The notes: generated by a model not told the origin, from the sequence alone. A DNA stretch of 64,000 nucleotides from Microgenomates group bacterium GW2011_GWC1_46_15 (GCA_001002285.1 LCLX01000003.1:2560-66559); one strand, 5' to 3'. Numbered from the stretch's first letter, positions 32,301-40,096 are shown. Program-made: numbers and translations.

Positions 32301-35300
32301 GTTTCCTGGGGCATCGGCACCAAAGGCGACGGCACCAACGCCAACCTCACCTGCTTCGCTGGCAACACCGGCCCGACCGCGACAGACTTGGGCACCGGCA
32401 TCCCGGCCGTGGTCAACACCTGGTATCACGTCGTTTTGACCTCCGATGGGTCAAGCGCGCTCAAGTGTTTTGTCAATGGGACACTTTATAACTCAACGAC
32501 TCTTTCCGGCACAGCCCAGACCCCCACCCGTTTCCAAATCGGCGCCACCCAGGCCACGACGGCGTTTAATGCGCTACGGGGCCGCGTGGACGAGGTGATG
32601 GTCACCGCGACACAACTTTCCGCTTCCCAAGTTAAGCGTATCTACGAGGTCGGCTACCGGGCGCTCCAGTCCCACGCGACCACCCTCGGCGGCGGAGGCG
32701 CGGATGCCAACCAGCAGTTGGGCTACATTTCGACAGGTACTAATACAGTTGGCGCGGTTGCTCCGGATTACAATAACCAGTTCATGTACGTGGGCCTCAA
32801 CTCGACGACGCTGGGCGGGCTGTCTAAGATTGACTTAAATAGTGATACGAATATCAAAACATACAATTCTTCTGCCAACGTCCCCACCGGCGGGCCGCTC
32901 CTTATTGACGAGGACACCACGTCCCTGGCCGTCGGTTATACGTTGGAAGCGGTCGGCTCGGCGGCCTCCGGCGTCAAGACCATGGGGGTGGACAATAACG
33001 CCACGGCCACGTCCGGCAACTTCATCAGCAAAACCTACACCACCAGCGAGTCCTTCAGCCAGGCCTATATCTGGTCGCAATATGTGACGGACTCCTCCGA
33101 TGCGTCCAATACGGTCACCGTGTGGGCTTCCAACGACGCTGGATCAAACTATTACCAATGCAGTAACACCAATACCAACACTGGCCAGTCGCCCACCGAG
33201 TACGAGTACTTCTGCCAATTCAATACGCCCGGCTCGTCGCTCAAACTCAAGTACGTGTTCGCCCGCGGCTCCACCAAAACCAACACCTACCTCACCCGCT
33301 ACGGCGTGGCCTGGATCGGCAGCGACGTCGTGGGCGGCGCCCCCGGCGGGAATGGCCTGTACACGAACAATGGAACCGCGGTCGCCAACGGCAGTTACCT
33401 GGAAGTCGCGCATAACCAAAACACAAGTGATCTTTTGACCGAAGGCTGGATTTACGACGGAGCCAAGTGGATCGAGATAGATGACCAAGCCAAGACCGAC
33501 CACAACACCCAGGATCCTACTCTCCTCTCCTGGTACAAGATGGAGGAAGCCTCCGGGGACTTGGACAACGCCCAAGGCACGGCTGCCCGGGACTTGATTG
33601 ACTTGAACGGCCCCACCTACCAGGCCGCCGGCCGCGTCAACAAAGCCATTACCCTGGACGGCACCAACGACTACTTCTGCACCGGCTCGGGCACCACCTG
33701 CGCCTCACCGTCAAACTTTACTACAGACACGAATCGTACGCTCAATACCAATCTTATTTCGTACTGGAAACTTGATGAAACTTCCGGCAGTCGCACGGAT
33801 TCGGTCGGAAGTAATACGCTCACTGACAACAACACCGTCACCAGCAATCCCGGAAAAGTCGGCAACGCCGGGCAGTTCATCGCAGCCAACACTGAGTATT
33901 TGAGCATCACAGACAATGCGGCTTTGAGTACGGGGGATATTGATTTCACTTTTTCAGCATGGGTGTATATGGATTCGCTTTCTACAGACACGCAAGTTCT
34001 TGGCAAGTGGTCTGCATCAGCAGGACAGTACGAGTATCTTTTGGAGCGCGGCAGTGCAAACAAATTCCGGTTTTATGTAAGCAGTGATGGCTCTACCTAT
34101 ACTTCCGTTCAAGCTGCTACATTTGGCGCAATGTCAGCAAATACGTGGTATTTTGTGGTTGCCTATCATGATAGCGTCAACAATACCATCGGCATTAGTG
34201 TCAATAATGGCGCATTTGATACCGTTGCCCACACAACAGGCGTAAGAGATGGTACGGCACAGTTTGACATTGGTGCGTTGGCTGCGGGTTCATTTCCATT
34301 CAACGGTCGCATTGACGAAGTTGGTTTTTGGAAAAAAGTGCTTTCCACCCAAGAAATAACTGATCTATATAACTCCGGCAACGGGAATAGATTCCAAGGC
34401 ATGAACTTTATCGCTTCCGACTCCTTCACCCTGGGCGGCTGGTTCAAGCACGCCACCATCGCCACCAATCCGGATTACATGGTGGCAAAGACGGATGGTG
34501 GAACAGCAGATGACACAAATACAAAACTTCTTCTCCACGCAGATGGTGCAGATACCAGTACTACTTTTACCGATGATTCCTCGTCCCCTCACACCATGAC
34601 CGCCGTCGGCAACGCCCAAATAGATACCGCCCAAAGCAAATTCGGCGGAGCGAGTGGATTATTTGATGGAACCGGAGACTATGTTACAAGCCCAGATCAT
34701 GCGGATTGGGATTTTGCGTCAGGGGATTTTACGATTGATTTCCGGATAAGGTTTAACGTTGTTAATACGGCATATCTTGTTACCCATGGGGCAAGTATGG
34801 CGGGAGGGGATGGGTGGTTTGTTAGATATAACGCGAATAATCTTGAGTTTGCGTATAACAGCACAACGATAACAAAGGCTTGGACGCCTTCAAGCGCTAC
34901 GTGGTACCACGTTGCTGTTGTACGAAGCGGAACAAATTTGTATATGTTCATTGACGGTACGCAAATTGGAACAACAGGATCAATTTCAGGTACTATTACA
35001 GATAATGCAAATCTCTTAGTAGTTGGCGAGCGAGATTCGGGTCCCGGTGCTCCCTTAAATGGCTGGTTAGATGAAGTTCGTATTAGTAAGGGGAGCGCCC
35101 GTTGGACAGCAAACTTCACTTCGCCAACATTATCCTATGGAACCAGTGGCCCCGGCTACAAACTCCTCATGGAATCCGATGGTGATCTGACATTTGGCAT
35201 TGACGATGACAGCATAAGCTTCCCCGAAGACTCTGCCACCTCGACCGTGGCCACGTATGACGACAATGCCTGGCACCATGTGGCCGCGGTCAAGAATGGG

Positions 35301-38300
35301 ACAACTAATATCAAGCTGTATGTGGACGGTGAGGAGGTAGCCAGTGATACGAGTATTTCTGCCACCGAGACGCTGGCTAATGCCGGAGCTTTCTATTTAG
35401 GTATCGACGGTGACGCCACCAGCAACCCCTGGGCCGGGCAACTGGATGAGACGTTTGTCTATAGTCGGGCGTTGACTGCCGGAGAGATCGGGGAACTGTA
35501 CCGGAGCAGCAAACGCTTTGCCATCGAGCAAGCCGATGCCAATACGGTCCGGCTCTACAACTACTCCGGCGCGGCGCAGAATTTGCGACTGGACGTCATC
35601 ACCGGCGGACTGGGCCGGAACGCCGGCACGGTGTCGCTCCACCCGGATGCCGCAGACGTGGATGCGCAAGCCAACGGCAATGCCATTTGGGTGAACAAGA
35701 CCGGCGACTGGGGCAATCTCATCAAGCTCCAGGGCGACGGATTGGACAAGTTCGGGGTGGACTGGCAAGGCCACGCTACGGTAGCCGGAACACTTACGAT
35801 CGGGTCTTCATCCTTAAAGCTCTCGGATTTCGGAAGCTATTCTACTATTCAATCTGCCGGAAACCTTGCGCTCCAGGCATCCTCGGGCAATGTGGGCATC
35901 GGCACATTAACTCCCAGTAAAAACTTGGATGTGGCCGGCGCCATCGCGTTCCGCAACAAATTCAACTACCAACAGACCATTACCCTCACCAACGGCGGCG
36001 GTACGCTTACAAATTACGATGTTCTGGTTCAGGTGGATACAGCCTCCCTCATTTCCGCCGGTAAAATGCAGTCGGACTGCGATGACATCCGCTTCAGCGA
36101 CAGCGACTCGCAAACGCCGCTCACCTACTGGATCGAGCAGGGCTGTAACACCGCTGATACACAGATTTGGGCCCGCGTCCCTTCGATTCCCAACGGCTCT
36201 AAAGACATCTATATGGTCTACGGAAATAGCAGTGTATCTTCTGCCAGCCAATCCTGGAGTGGAAATTTTATCTCCATGTTCAACGCCTCTGTCCCAGCCG
36301 GTTGGACGCAAGTTTCCGCCCTGGACAATAAATTCCCCCGCGGCAACACTAGCTATGGCGGTACGGAAGGGGCGGATACTCATACGGTCGCCATCAGCGG
36401 CACAAGTTCCCAATCCGGTGGAAAGGTAACTTGGAACAGTTGTGCAAATTCCGTTGCCTACCAATATCACACTCATACATACAGTGCCACCAGTGGTTCT
36501 GCCAACAATATTCCTCCTTATGTTAATATCGTCTTCGGCAGCAAAAATGCACCGGGACTGATTCCCACCAGCGGTATCGTTTTCTACAACAGCTCGCTGG
36601 TGTCCGGCTGGAGCAACGTCACTGTCCTAAATACCAATTTCACCCGGGGTAGTACTACGTATGGAGGTACTGGTGGCACCTCTGCTGCTCACAACCACAC
36701 CATACCCGCCATGACCACGAGTGGACCCAGTGCTACTGTTTCTACCTGCCAGTACGACATCGGAGCTACCAGTGGCGGTCAAACCCACTCAACCAGTTCC
36801 ACTACCACAGCCAACAATGCTGATACATCCCTACCTCCATACGAAGACTTTATTCCAGCTACCCCCGACCAAGCACGTGCGTATGAACAGGGCGCACTCG
36901 TCGCTTTTGATGCTACTCCTCCGTTGGGTTGGACCAGAAAAAGCAGCTTAGACAGTGGCTTCCCCCGCGGAAACAGTACCGCCGGTGGTACCGGCGGCGG
37001 CGCGACCCACACTCATACATATTCTATTGTCACTAGCGCAGCTACTAATGATACCTCGGGTGAAAATGCTGTTGGCACCGGCACCTCCAACGATGGCCAC
37101 GCCCACACGCTCAGCGGTTCACCATCCGGCACTAATGTCCCCGCCTACATGGATGTCCTTTACTACACCAAAAACACCATGTCTGTTACTATCGGCTATA
37201 GCAGCGAACAGGTCGGTTCCAGCAGCCCCATCCAAATTCTCTATGACGATACCACGACCAATCTGGGCGTGGGTCAGATTACACCTCTCTGGAAGCTCCA
37301 CGTAACCGATACCCAAGCTGCGACTGCTTCTGCGATGATTGAAAACCTTTCTGGTGTAGGATCCAACAACCCCACCGCCCTGGTCCTGCGTCTGGGAAGC
37401 GACGCCACCAACCCTGATACCGGCGACCGGTTTATCAACTTCATGAGGGGCGACTCGACGATCATCGGCAAAATTCAAGGCAATGGGTCAGGAGGAATCT
37501 CATATACTACCGCAGGCGTGGACTTTGCCGAGTATTTCCGCAAAGAAGATCCCCATGAGGAGCTTCTTCCTGGTGACGTGCTCTGCCAGGGGCCTAGCGG
37601 CGGGGTGACCAGGTGTACTGCTTCCGCTACCGGACCTATGGGCGTTATCTCAAATAAAGCAGGTTTTGTGGGCGGATCAGACCATGAAGGTGATCCCGGC
37701 TACGTCATTGTCGGATTGATCGGACAGCTTCCGGTCAAAATTGACCCGGCCTCCTCAGCAATTGCCGTGGGCGACTTCCTCACTTCTTCAACGAAACCCG
37801 GCCTGGCCATGAAAGCCACCCGCGCGGGGTACGTCGTCGCCAAAGCGCTGGAGGCATGGCAACAGTGTCCTGGAGCGACCGCAGGGAGCGATATCTCACA
37901 AAATTCAGGGGATTCTATCGGCCCTTCGGGCCTCCAGAATGACACTTGTGATAAACCCACGATTGAGGCCTTTGTCCATCTGGGCTACTTTGCCGGCGAG
38001 CTAACCGCGGATGGGTTTTTGAATCCAGACTATGTCGCGCAAGGTGCCGTATCAGTTTCTGCACAACAAGTGCTTGCCGATGCTATCGCCTCTCCAAGCG
38101 GATCGATCGCAGACATCGGCCAAACCGCAAAAGACCAGTTCGGGGGCTTGAGCTCTGCAAACCTTGATCTCTTCAAAGCACTGTGGGCAAACGTCCAACT
38201 CCTCACATCCAAACTTATCAAGACAGAAAAACTTGAGTCCCCGCTTGCCGAGATTCAACACCTTGACGCAAACATCATTCATACCGCAACGCTTTCTGCT

Positions 38301-39524
38301 CAGTTCATCCGTTCCAACGCGACTGACTCCGCGCTCACCCTCCGCTTGGACCCCGACATCTTCACGATTCTTGGAACACAGCCAGACACCGCAACCCCAT
38401 CCACACTCATGAGTATTGATGCACGCGGTAACGCGACCTTCACTGGCCAGCTCACTACCGACACATTTACCGCGCAATCCGCACGTGTTCAAACACTCGA
38501 AGCAGTGAACGCCTCACTTGGTGACGCAACCATCGCTGGTACACTGCGCGCGGGAAATATTGAGGCCAACACGATCTCCGGCCTTGACGACCGCGTCTCG
38601 CTTGCCGTCCGCACCGCCGTGGATACTGCAACCGCCAGCGGCTACTTCGCATCAGCCTCACTCCCGCAGGACCTCAGCACACTCATCGCTACGCTCTTGC
38701 CCGCCAATAACCTGGATATTGAAACCGTCTTGACTCAGCTCAATACCCAAACCAACAAAAACATTACACTTGCTGAAGTCTTGGCGCCAAAGGCGATTAT
38801 TGCTTCAGACTTCCTCTCAGTCCAAGGTTTAGCGGACTTCTCCTACGCTCAGTTCGCAACCGGCCTCAGTGTACACAACTCCCTCGCACTCACCGGAAAC
38901 AGCATCAGTATCGATCCACTCCAAAATGATACTTTATATATCCAACCATCAGGAAATGGAACACTCAACTTCCTCGCCGGAGTGCTTACTATAGATAGTA
39001 TCGGTGGGGTAAGTGTAAACGGTGATCTGTATGTTTCTGGATCAATCTATACAAATACAATCAGAACTACATCACTTTCACTTGGCGCTTCTCCATTCGC
39101 AACAGATTCGGCGACCCCAAACACCCTTTCCGGCTTTGGTAAACTACTCGCACTCTATGACGAAACCGGAAATGTTGTTGGCTCGGTAGACGCATCCGGT
39201 TCTGCAACGTTTCATCAGCTCACGACAGGCCAGCTTGTTATTGCGTCACCGTTTACCACAACCAGCTCTGGCCAACTCGCCGGGATATCAACAAGCAACG
39301 CCAGCGCAGGCACCGCAGTTTTGCCAGCCGGACAAACTGAACTCATCATTGCCAACACCACGCTTGACGACCGCACACTTGTCTACTTGACTCCGCAGTC
39401 CGATACGCGTAACCAAGTGTTGTACGTGAAAACTAAAATCTCCGGCGAAGGATTTACCGTTGCCGTACTCCAACCTGTACCGCAGGACATCACATTTACG
39501 TACTGGTTGATTAAAACACAGTAA
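23391..39524 (+). CDS. Giant (5377 aa) membrane-anchored protein: two integrase N-terminal SAM-like domains, one TM helix, then tail-fibre-like repeats, several LamG domains, DUF2341, tail-collar-like repeats and a Peptidase_G2-like domain
   Basis: F..FL....LSKKSVTNYLSDVRVF...STINRYMASFRQF and F...L...GCSDSTIKNYCADMHQY...ATKARALTSLKQFYRW....IKKNP. TM at about 24291-24360. DCDDIRF (DUF2341) and DFAEYF...V.VGL.GQ.PV motifs. Single uninterrupted ORF. Confidence 0.9.
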   Translation: MSPADINYSRPQFSVPEHVIARIEAVLKQFAEFLFAQQLSKKSVTNYLSDVRVFLEHRLANNQAFQERAAEKDLKQWLSSLEQDITAYRAELLEEATPLSTINRYMASFRQFGAFLTAVHQISAFGHSSGEYLKNISFSPESHLHSLSDRLLQQFKLALTHRGCSDSTIKNYCADMHQYMQWLGEKPVFPDQIKRGVAEYLGFLRKKGASRATKARALTSLKQFYRWANESQYIKKNPFASKMAEVGTFVKTAFTPLAFFERFRKAPQQTPQEKVSEESSRRLSPITQAYDRYTRWPVSSYLHLAILILFVTLLGVFGYQQLFLNAEKKLAFPTALTRPNRTLSFQGRLTDSTGQTPITTATNFTFKLFDALTVGNQLWNSGTCSITPDQDGVFSTLLGSSCGAEIDSGVFSENPNVYLEVTVVAETLTPRQQIATVGYALNAETLQGYPASASAVENTVLIMNNSGQVLLGNASPVLRSNSGTFTVQGNALTLSTNTGTAGNISIAPDGVGQLNLLGGTTTQDFISVTNANLTTGKLINGTVGNNNTGYKFLSFTGGSVPSEKFYVGALGNVYAGNSIFAPVATISATNTSATPLIINGTGGQIFSIANSGNMTGAGTLTGLTGLTSSGTITFSGLNTAGAVVYTNGSGVLGDTAQGVSGYVLTSGGAGTPTWQDPATLTGANYWQLNSQVLAPGNTTLDLAVGGNSTAAALFRVSGTPTTSGNGAVLSSTTLTTGNLLSLSSTATSLTSGKLLSLDWSPGSAITATGDLFNINIGSNGTVGNLLNITDNGSSLFSVSETAVTSNLPTSFTSSGDVLIAYDLIFTNPTASYIKSSAPLYLQAGEMFNSSDLTLRTFNKGNVIIDSEVLVANYAATVASQLVVGTTTAPANIGGLYLTNATTYGKALAILNQTESQDIFTASASSVAKFTIANNGNLTATGTITGLTGITSSGTITFSGLNTAGAVAYTNGSGVLGVTAQGVSGYLLTSAGASTPTWTDPVTVGTNYWQLNNKVLAPGNTTYDLAIGGNSTAAAKFQVFGESGNATSTGTLTFNGAALANNVIAARRNVGLQIGDTYTGNIIIDSNNWLKLNTTNNQAITTGTGLITLAGNVDAINGLDVTTANLTVGGANFSVAPGTGNITTAGDLALNGGDLTSIATTFNFDIGNTGVLNFRDGTNTLFSITDGGTQGNASSSGNLTLGGQFQLGRFATAPTGLGTGALYYDTTSSNIFFYNGSTWTAVGSGSGASWWNQATGALYPLNSTVDMLIGGQATTSAKFAFINVNSGNPTASISGNLAIAAPAGADPATTYDVLNGGTYNLRTSVGGDLGLTSRLFITNGGNVGIGTVNPTSFKLQVAGDTGPNADASYDLGSTALQWKNIYLSGSLCFDMADCATSWATVGTNYWQLDNLVLSPGNSTLDIAVGGSATSSAKFQVFGVSGNATTTGTLTFNGATLANNVIAARRNVGLQIGGGTETGDILLDSNTFLRLNTINNQAITTGTGQMTLAGNVDAINGLDVTTANLTVGGANFSVAPATGNIITAGDLALNGGDLTSIATTFNFDIGNTGVLNFRDGTNTLFAINDYGTQGYATSSGDLGLGGQFQLGRFFTNPTTIGKGSLVYNTATDSVYYSDGSTWNQFASYAAATVWTDGGTYLYPTNRESARIYDAGGTDYIDIAHDGTNVVITTANTTKITIDAAVDLASTLNVGGNTITSPGDLSLNASGTKVIVSPDLQVNGGDILGASGETRITLVDALNLTNFSGSVDINGSYAGNDGFLTANRTATISSLIATDTPLTLRDNNAMNLLTVANSGLITVRTATISSQAVNSLDTVAFTLNAANSLTTQGAKLLSVQNATIEKFYVDKDGNIYAAGTILAGNGMGMLMQNKSGGTVAQKAIVIVDTSNNSAFTTTTTPYSKGMYGIITGVGLGTINDANSDGNCDANDICMVAVGGEVNVTIKNTTTVAKGDYVYTSDTAGSAVTSAKLFDGMLGVVTNTSTSGSGYVKFIFKPQTQVTAAASIDKGSKYNEYKLYADDYTGVGEGTSPNDNLNTKGMYFDNLLDTTKTDSANTTVSAPTQVSATTGNPTPAAPFRAGLIGGQTMSAATTDNAGNTYLGSSTVNKTVYYDRTRDSSAQVQVELGIDPNWYNGVTLAVATTSASFSQNSTIWTPNPNLSSTYNGSLLQASGTYASNAKTIYVTIKSPTTFDWTNYNGNSATGVTVTPGTSQSLAGTGVSVKFTDAKYNTGDVFKIASWFVEPSGSTRGTKQQFPERAIIVASNTNVDIIDADTQKLWMDFSSGGTWLTSNNLLAASGSNVVSSVSVLNGKMHAGLNANNQRLVKIDFSTDSGGSYQTTGWRDYLGNIAERNGGMGVSGLNGTVSIVNNNVNDVAANVIPNAPTQTTTVSGWGYFSLSSASETVNLPYKFNTNPNIVITSAGHSGTTTPVNLASCTTASAKTVVTDNTTTTSFTARESALDATNYQCYSWTATGQVSPRQFVGAATDAGVTVVNETDATAYSYSDATNDAYQNVALTSKGTLYGLNSTENQLEKWTSIPADTAARTNGTPDNVWANAGNDSFTKLLIHADGTNGATTFTDSSPNARTLTTNANAQISTAQKKFGPSSILLDGTGDYVSAADSEDWNIGNGDFTIDLWVNFSVLQNTMFVEQTTDVNNYLQLYWTTSNIIYMAIRNAGADNISFNGSWTPSTGTWYHVAFVRYGTRANIYINGISVATKTNISAGAANYTSALAVGCSPFNGCGYDLNGYMDEFRFTKGHARWTDNFTVPTNPYAKNVAIAPLPPTIQSSPSNLSVTEGTSAVDGTSDTLYIGTNQGVAVIQDKSTVSSRNDNGDEQSGSAKYYTKDYVSEELMGNVVGMWPLTSGYGSGLSDASSNQSGSALLNGTTAPTYTASGVRGQAATLGASAATATTSAGLVNQNINTIKTVSAWIYPTTLTTTNGTREMAVSADANSASVVSWGIGTKGDGTNANLTCFAGNTGPTATDLGTGIPAVVNTWYHVVLTSDGSSALKCFVNGTLYNSTTLSGTAQTPTRFQIGATQATTAFNALRGRVDEVMVTATQLSASQVKRIYEVGYRALQSHATTLGGGGADANQQLGYISTGTNTVGAVAPDYNNQFMYVGLNSTTLGGLSKIDLNSDTNIKTYNSSANVPTGGPLLIDEDTTSLAVGYTLEAVGSAASGVKTMGVDNNATATSGNFISKTYTTSESFSQAYIWSQYVTDSSDASNTVTVWASNDAGSNYYQCSNTNTNTGQSPTEYEYFCQFNTPGSSLKLKYVFARGSTKTNTYLTRYGVAWIGSDVVGGAPGGNGLYTNNGTAVANGSYLEVAHNQNTSDLLTEGWIYDGAKWIEIDDQAKTDHNTQDPTLLSWYKMEEASGDLDNAQGTAARDLIDLNGPTYQAAGRVNKAITLDGTNDYFCTGSGTTCASPSNFTTDTNRTLNTNLISYWKLDETSGSRTDSVGSNTLTDNNTVTSNPGKVGNAGQFIAANTEYLSITDNAALSTGDIDFTFSAWVYMDSLSTDTQVLGKWSASAGQYEYLLERGSANKFRFYVSSDGSTYTSVQAATFGAMSANTWYFVVAYHDSVNNTIGISVNNGAFDTVAHTTGVRDGTAQFDIGALAAGSFPFNGRIDEVGFWKKVLSTQEITDLYNSGNGNRFQGMNFIASDSFTLGGWFKHATIATNPDYMVAKTDGGTADDTNTKLLLHADGADTSTTFTDDSSSPHTMTAVGNAQIDTAQSKFGGASGLFDGTGDYVTSPDHADWDFASGDFTIDFRIRFNVVNTAYLVTHGASMAGGDGWFVRYNANNLEFAYNSTTITKAWTPSSATWYHVAVVRSGTNLYMFIDGTQIGTTGSISGTITDNANLLVVGERDSGPGAPLNGWLDEVRISKGSARWTANFTSPTLSYGTSGPGYKLLMESDGDLTFGIDDDSISFPEDSATSTVATYDDNAWHHVAAVKNGTTNIKLYVDGEEVASDTSISATETLANAGAFYLGIDGDATSNPWAGQLDETFVYSRALTAGEIGELYRSSKRFAIEQADANTVRLYNYSGAAQNLRLDVITGGLGRNAGTVSLHPDAADVDAQANGNAIWVNKTGDWGNLIKLQGDGLDKFGVDWQGHATVAGTLTIGSSSLKLSDFGSYSTIQSAGNLALQASSGNVGIGTLTPSKNLDVAGAIAFRNKFNYQQTITLTNGGGTLTNYDVLVQVDTASLISAGKMQSDCDDIRFSDSDSQTPLTYWIEQGCNTADTQIWARVPSIPNGSKDIYMVYGNSSVSSASQSWSGNFISMFNASVPAGWTQVSALDNKFPRGNTSYGGTEGADTHTVAISGTSSQSGGKVTWNSCANSVAYQYHTHTYSATSGSANNIPPYVNIVFGSKNAPGLIPTSGIVFYNSSLVSGWSNVTVLNTNFTRGSTTYGGTGGTSAAHNHTIPAMTTSGPSATVSTCQYDIGATSGGQTHSTSSTTTANNADTSLPPYEDFIPATPDQARAYEQGALVAFDATPPLGWTRKSSLDSGFPRGNSTAGGTGGGATHTHTYSIVTSAATNDTSGENAVGTGTSNDGHAHTLSGSPSGTNVPAYMDVLYYTKNTMSVTIGYSSEQVGSSSPIQILYDDTTTNLGVGQITPLWKLHVTDTQAATASAMIENLSGVGSNNPTALVLRLGSDATNPDTGDRFINFMRGDSTIIGKIQGNGSGGISYTTAGVDFAEYFRKEDPHEELLPGDVLCQGPSGGVTRCTASATGPMGVISNKAGFVGGSDHEGDPGYVIVGLIGQLPVKIDPASSAIAVGDFLTSSTKPGLAMKATRAGYVVAKALEAWQQCPGATAGSDISQNSGDSIGPSGLQNDTCDKPTIEAFVHLGYFAGELTADGFLNPDYVAQGAVSVSAQQVLADAIASPSGSIADIGQTAKDQFGGLSSANLDLFKALWANVQLLTSKLIKTEKLESPLAEIQHLDANIIHTATLSAQFIRSNATDSALTLRLDPDIFTILGTQPDTATPSTLMSIDARGNATFTGQLTTDTFTAQSARVQTLEAVNASLGDATIAGTLRAGNIEANTISGLDDRVSLAVRTAVDTATASGYFASASLPQDLSTLIATLLPANNLDIETVLTQLNTQTNKNITLAEVLAPKAIIASDFLSVQGLADFSYAQFATGLSVHNSLALTGNSISIDPLQNDTLYIQPSGNGTLNFLAGVLTIDSIGGVSVNGDLYVSGSIYTNTIRTTSLSLGASPFATDSATPNTLSGFGKLLALYDETGNVVGSVDASGSATFHQLTTGQLVIASPFTTTSSGQLAGISTSNASAGTAVLPAGQTELIIANTTLDDRTLVYLTPQSDTRNQVLYVKTKISGEGFTVAVLQPVPQDITFTYWLIKTQ
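26398..28300 (+). repeat. Intragenic duplication: about 700-bp unit repeated with a period of about 1.19 kb; a shorter repeat pair lies at about 25240-25525 and 26210-26490
   Basis: For example GGCAATGT.GACGCAATCAACGGGTTGGACGTGACCACCGCGAACTTAACCGT at about 26718 and 27912 (offset 1194); protein repeat NYWQL...AGNVDAINGLDVTTANLTVGG...FQLGRF. Confidence 0.9.
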
Positions 39525-39526
39525 AT

Positions 39527-40096
39527 TTACGCTGACTTCTTCCACTGTTTCTTCAACCGGGAAAATTGATGCACATTCATATTTAATTCCGGGAGATCCG
39601 TCTGAGAAAAAGCAAGATCGAAGACTTTTTGCGGAACTTTCAATTGATCTAACTGCGGAAGCTGCAAAAGACTTACAATGTCCACGAGATCCTTCCGTCC
39701 TTTTGCAGTCCCAACTCGGCCGGAATACGCCGTATACTTCAGCACAAGTAAATCCTCTATTGCCGGAACAGAAAACCCCTCAATGTGCTGTGCGCGCGTC
39801 AACACATCTTCTGCGGGAATACCTAAATTCGAATAATGCGGAACGTATATATCCACTTGTACTTCTTCCTGCGTAATTTCGTATTTTTTCAACCGGTCAT
39901 TTTTAAAAAGCTGATAATCCGTCCGAAGCTTTTCCAGCACATCAAACTCAACGATCATGTCAATGTCTTTTGATTTCAACTGATGTGTGTACAGCCACAC
40001 CGCCCATCCGCCGACGAGTGTAAAACGATACTGCCGGGCGAGCGTCTGCAAAAATTCCCAGCTTTTTTGAGTGACCTGATCACGATAATATGGCAT
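39527..40096 (-). CDS. Nucleotidyltransferase (AbiEii/type IV toxin-like)
   Basis: LVGGWAV...SKDID, VDIY, LLVLK and KDLVDI motifs of the Pol-beta-fold NTase family. Confidence 0.75.
   Translation of the reverse strand: MPYYRDQVTQKSWEFLQTLARQYRFTLVGGWAVWLYTHQLKSKDIDMIVEFDVLEKLRTDYQLFKNDRLKKYEITQEEVQVDIYVPHYSNLGIPAEDVLTRAQHIEGFSVPAIEDLLVLKYTAYSGRVGTAKGRKDLVDIVSLLQLPQLDQLKVPQKVFDLAFSQTDLPELNMNVHQFSRLKKQWKKSA

Noticed and set aside
24435-38661. Numerous antisense and alternate-frame ORFs inside the giant gene and other long CDSs
   Set aside because: Shadow ORFs expected from biased codon usage; no motifs or independent expression signals.
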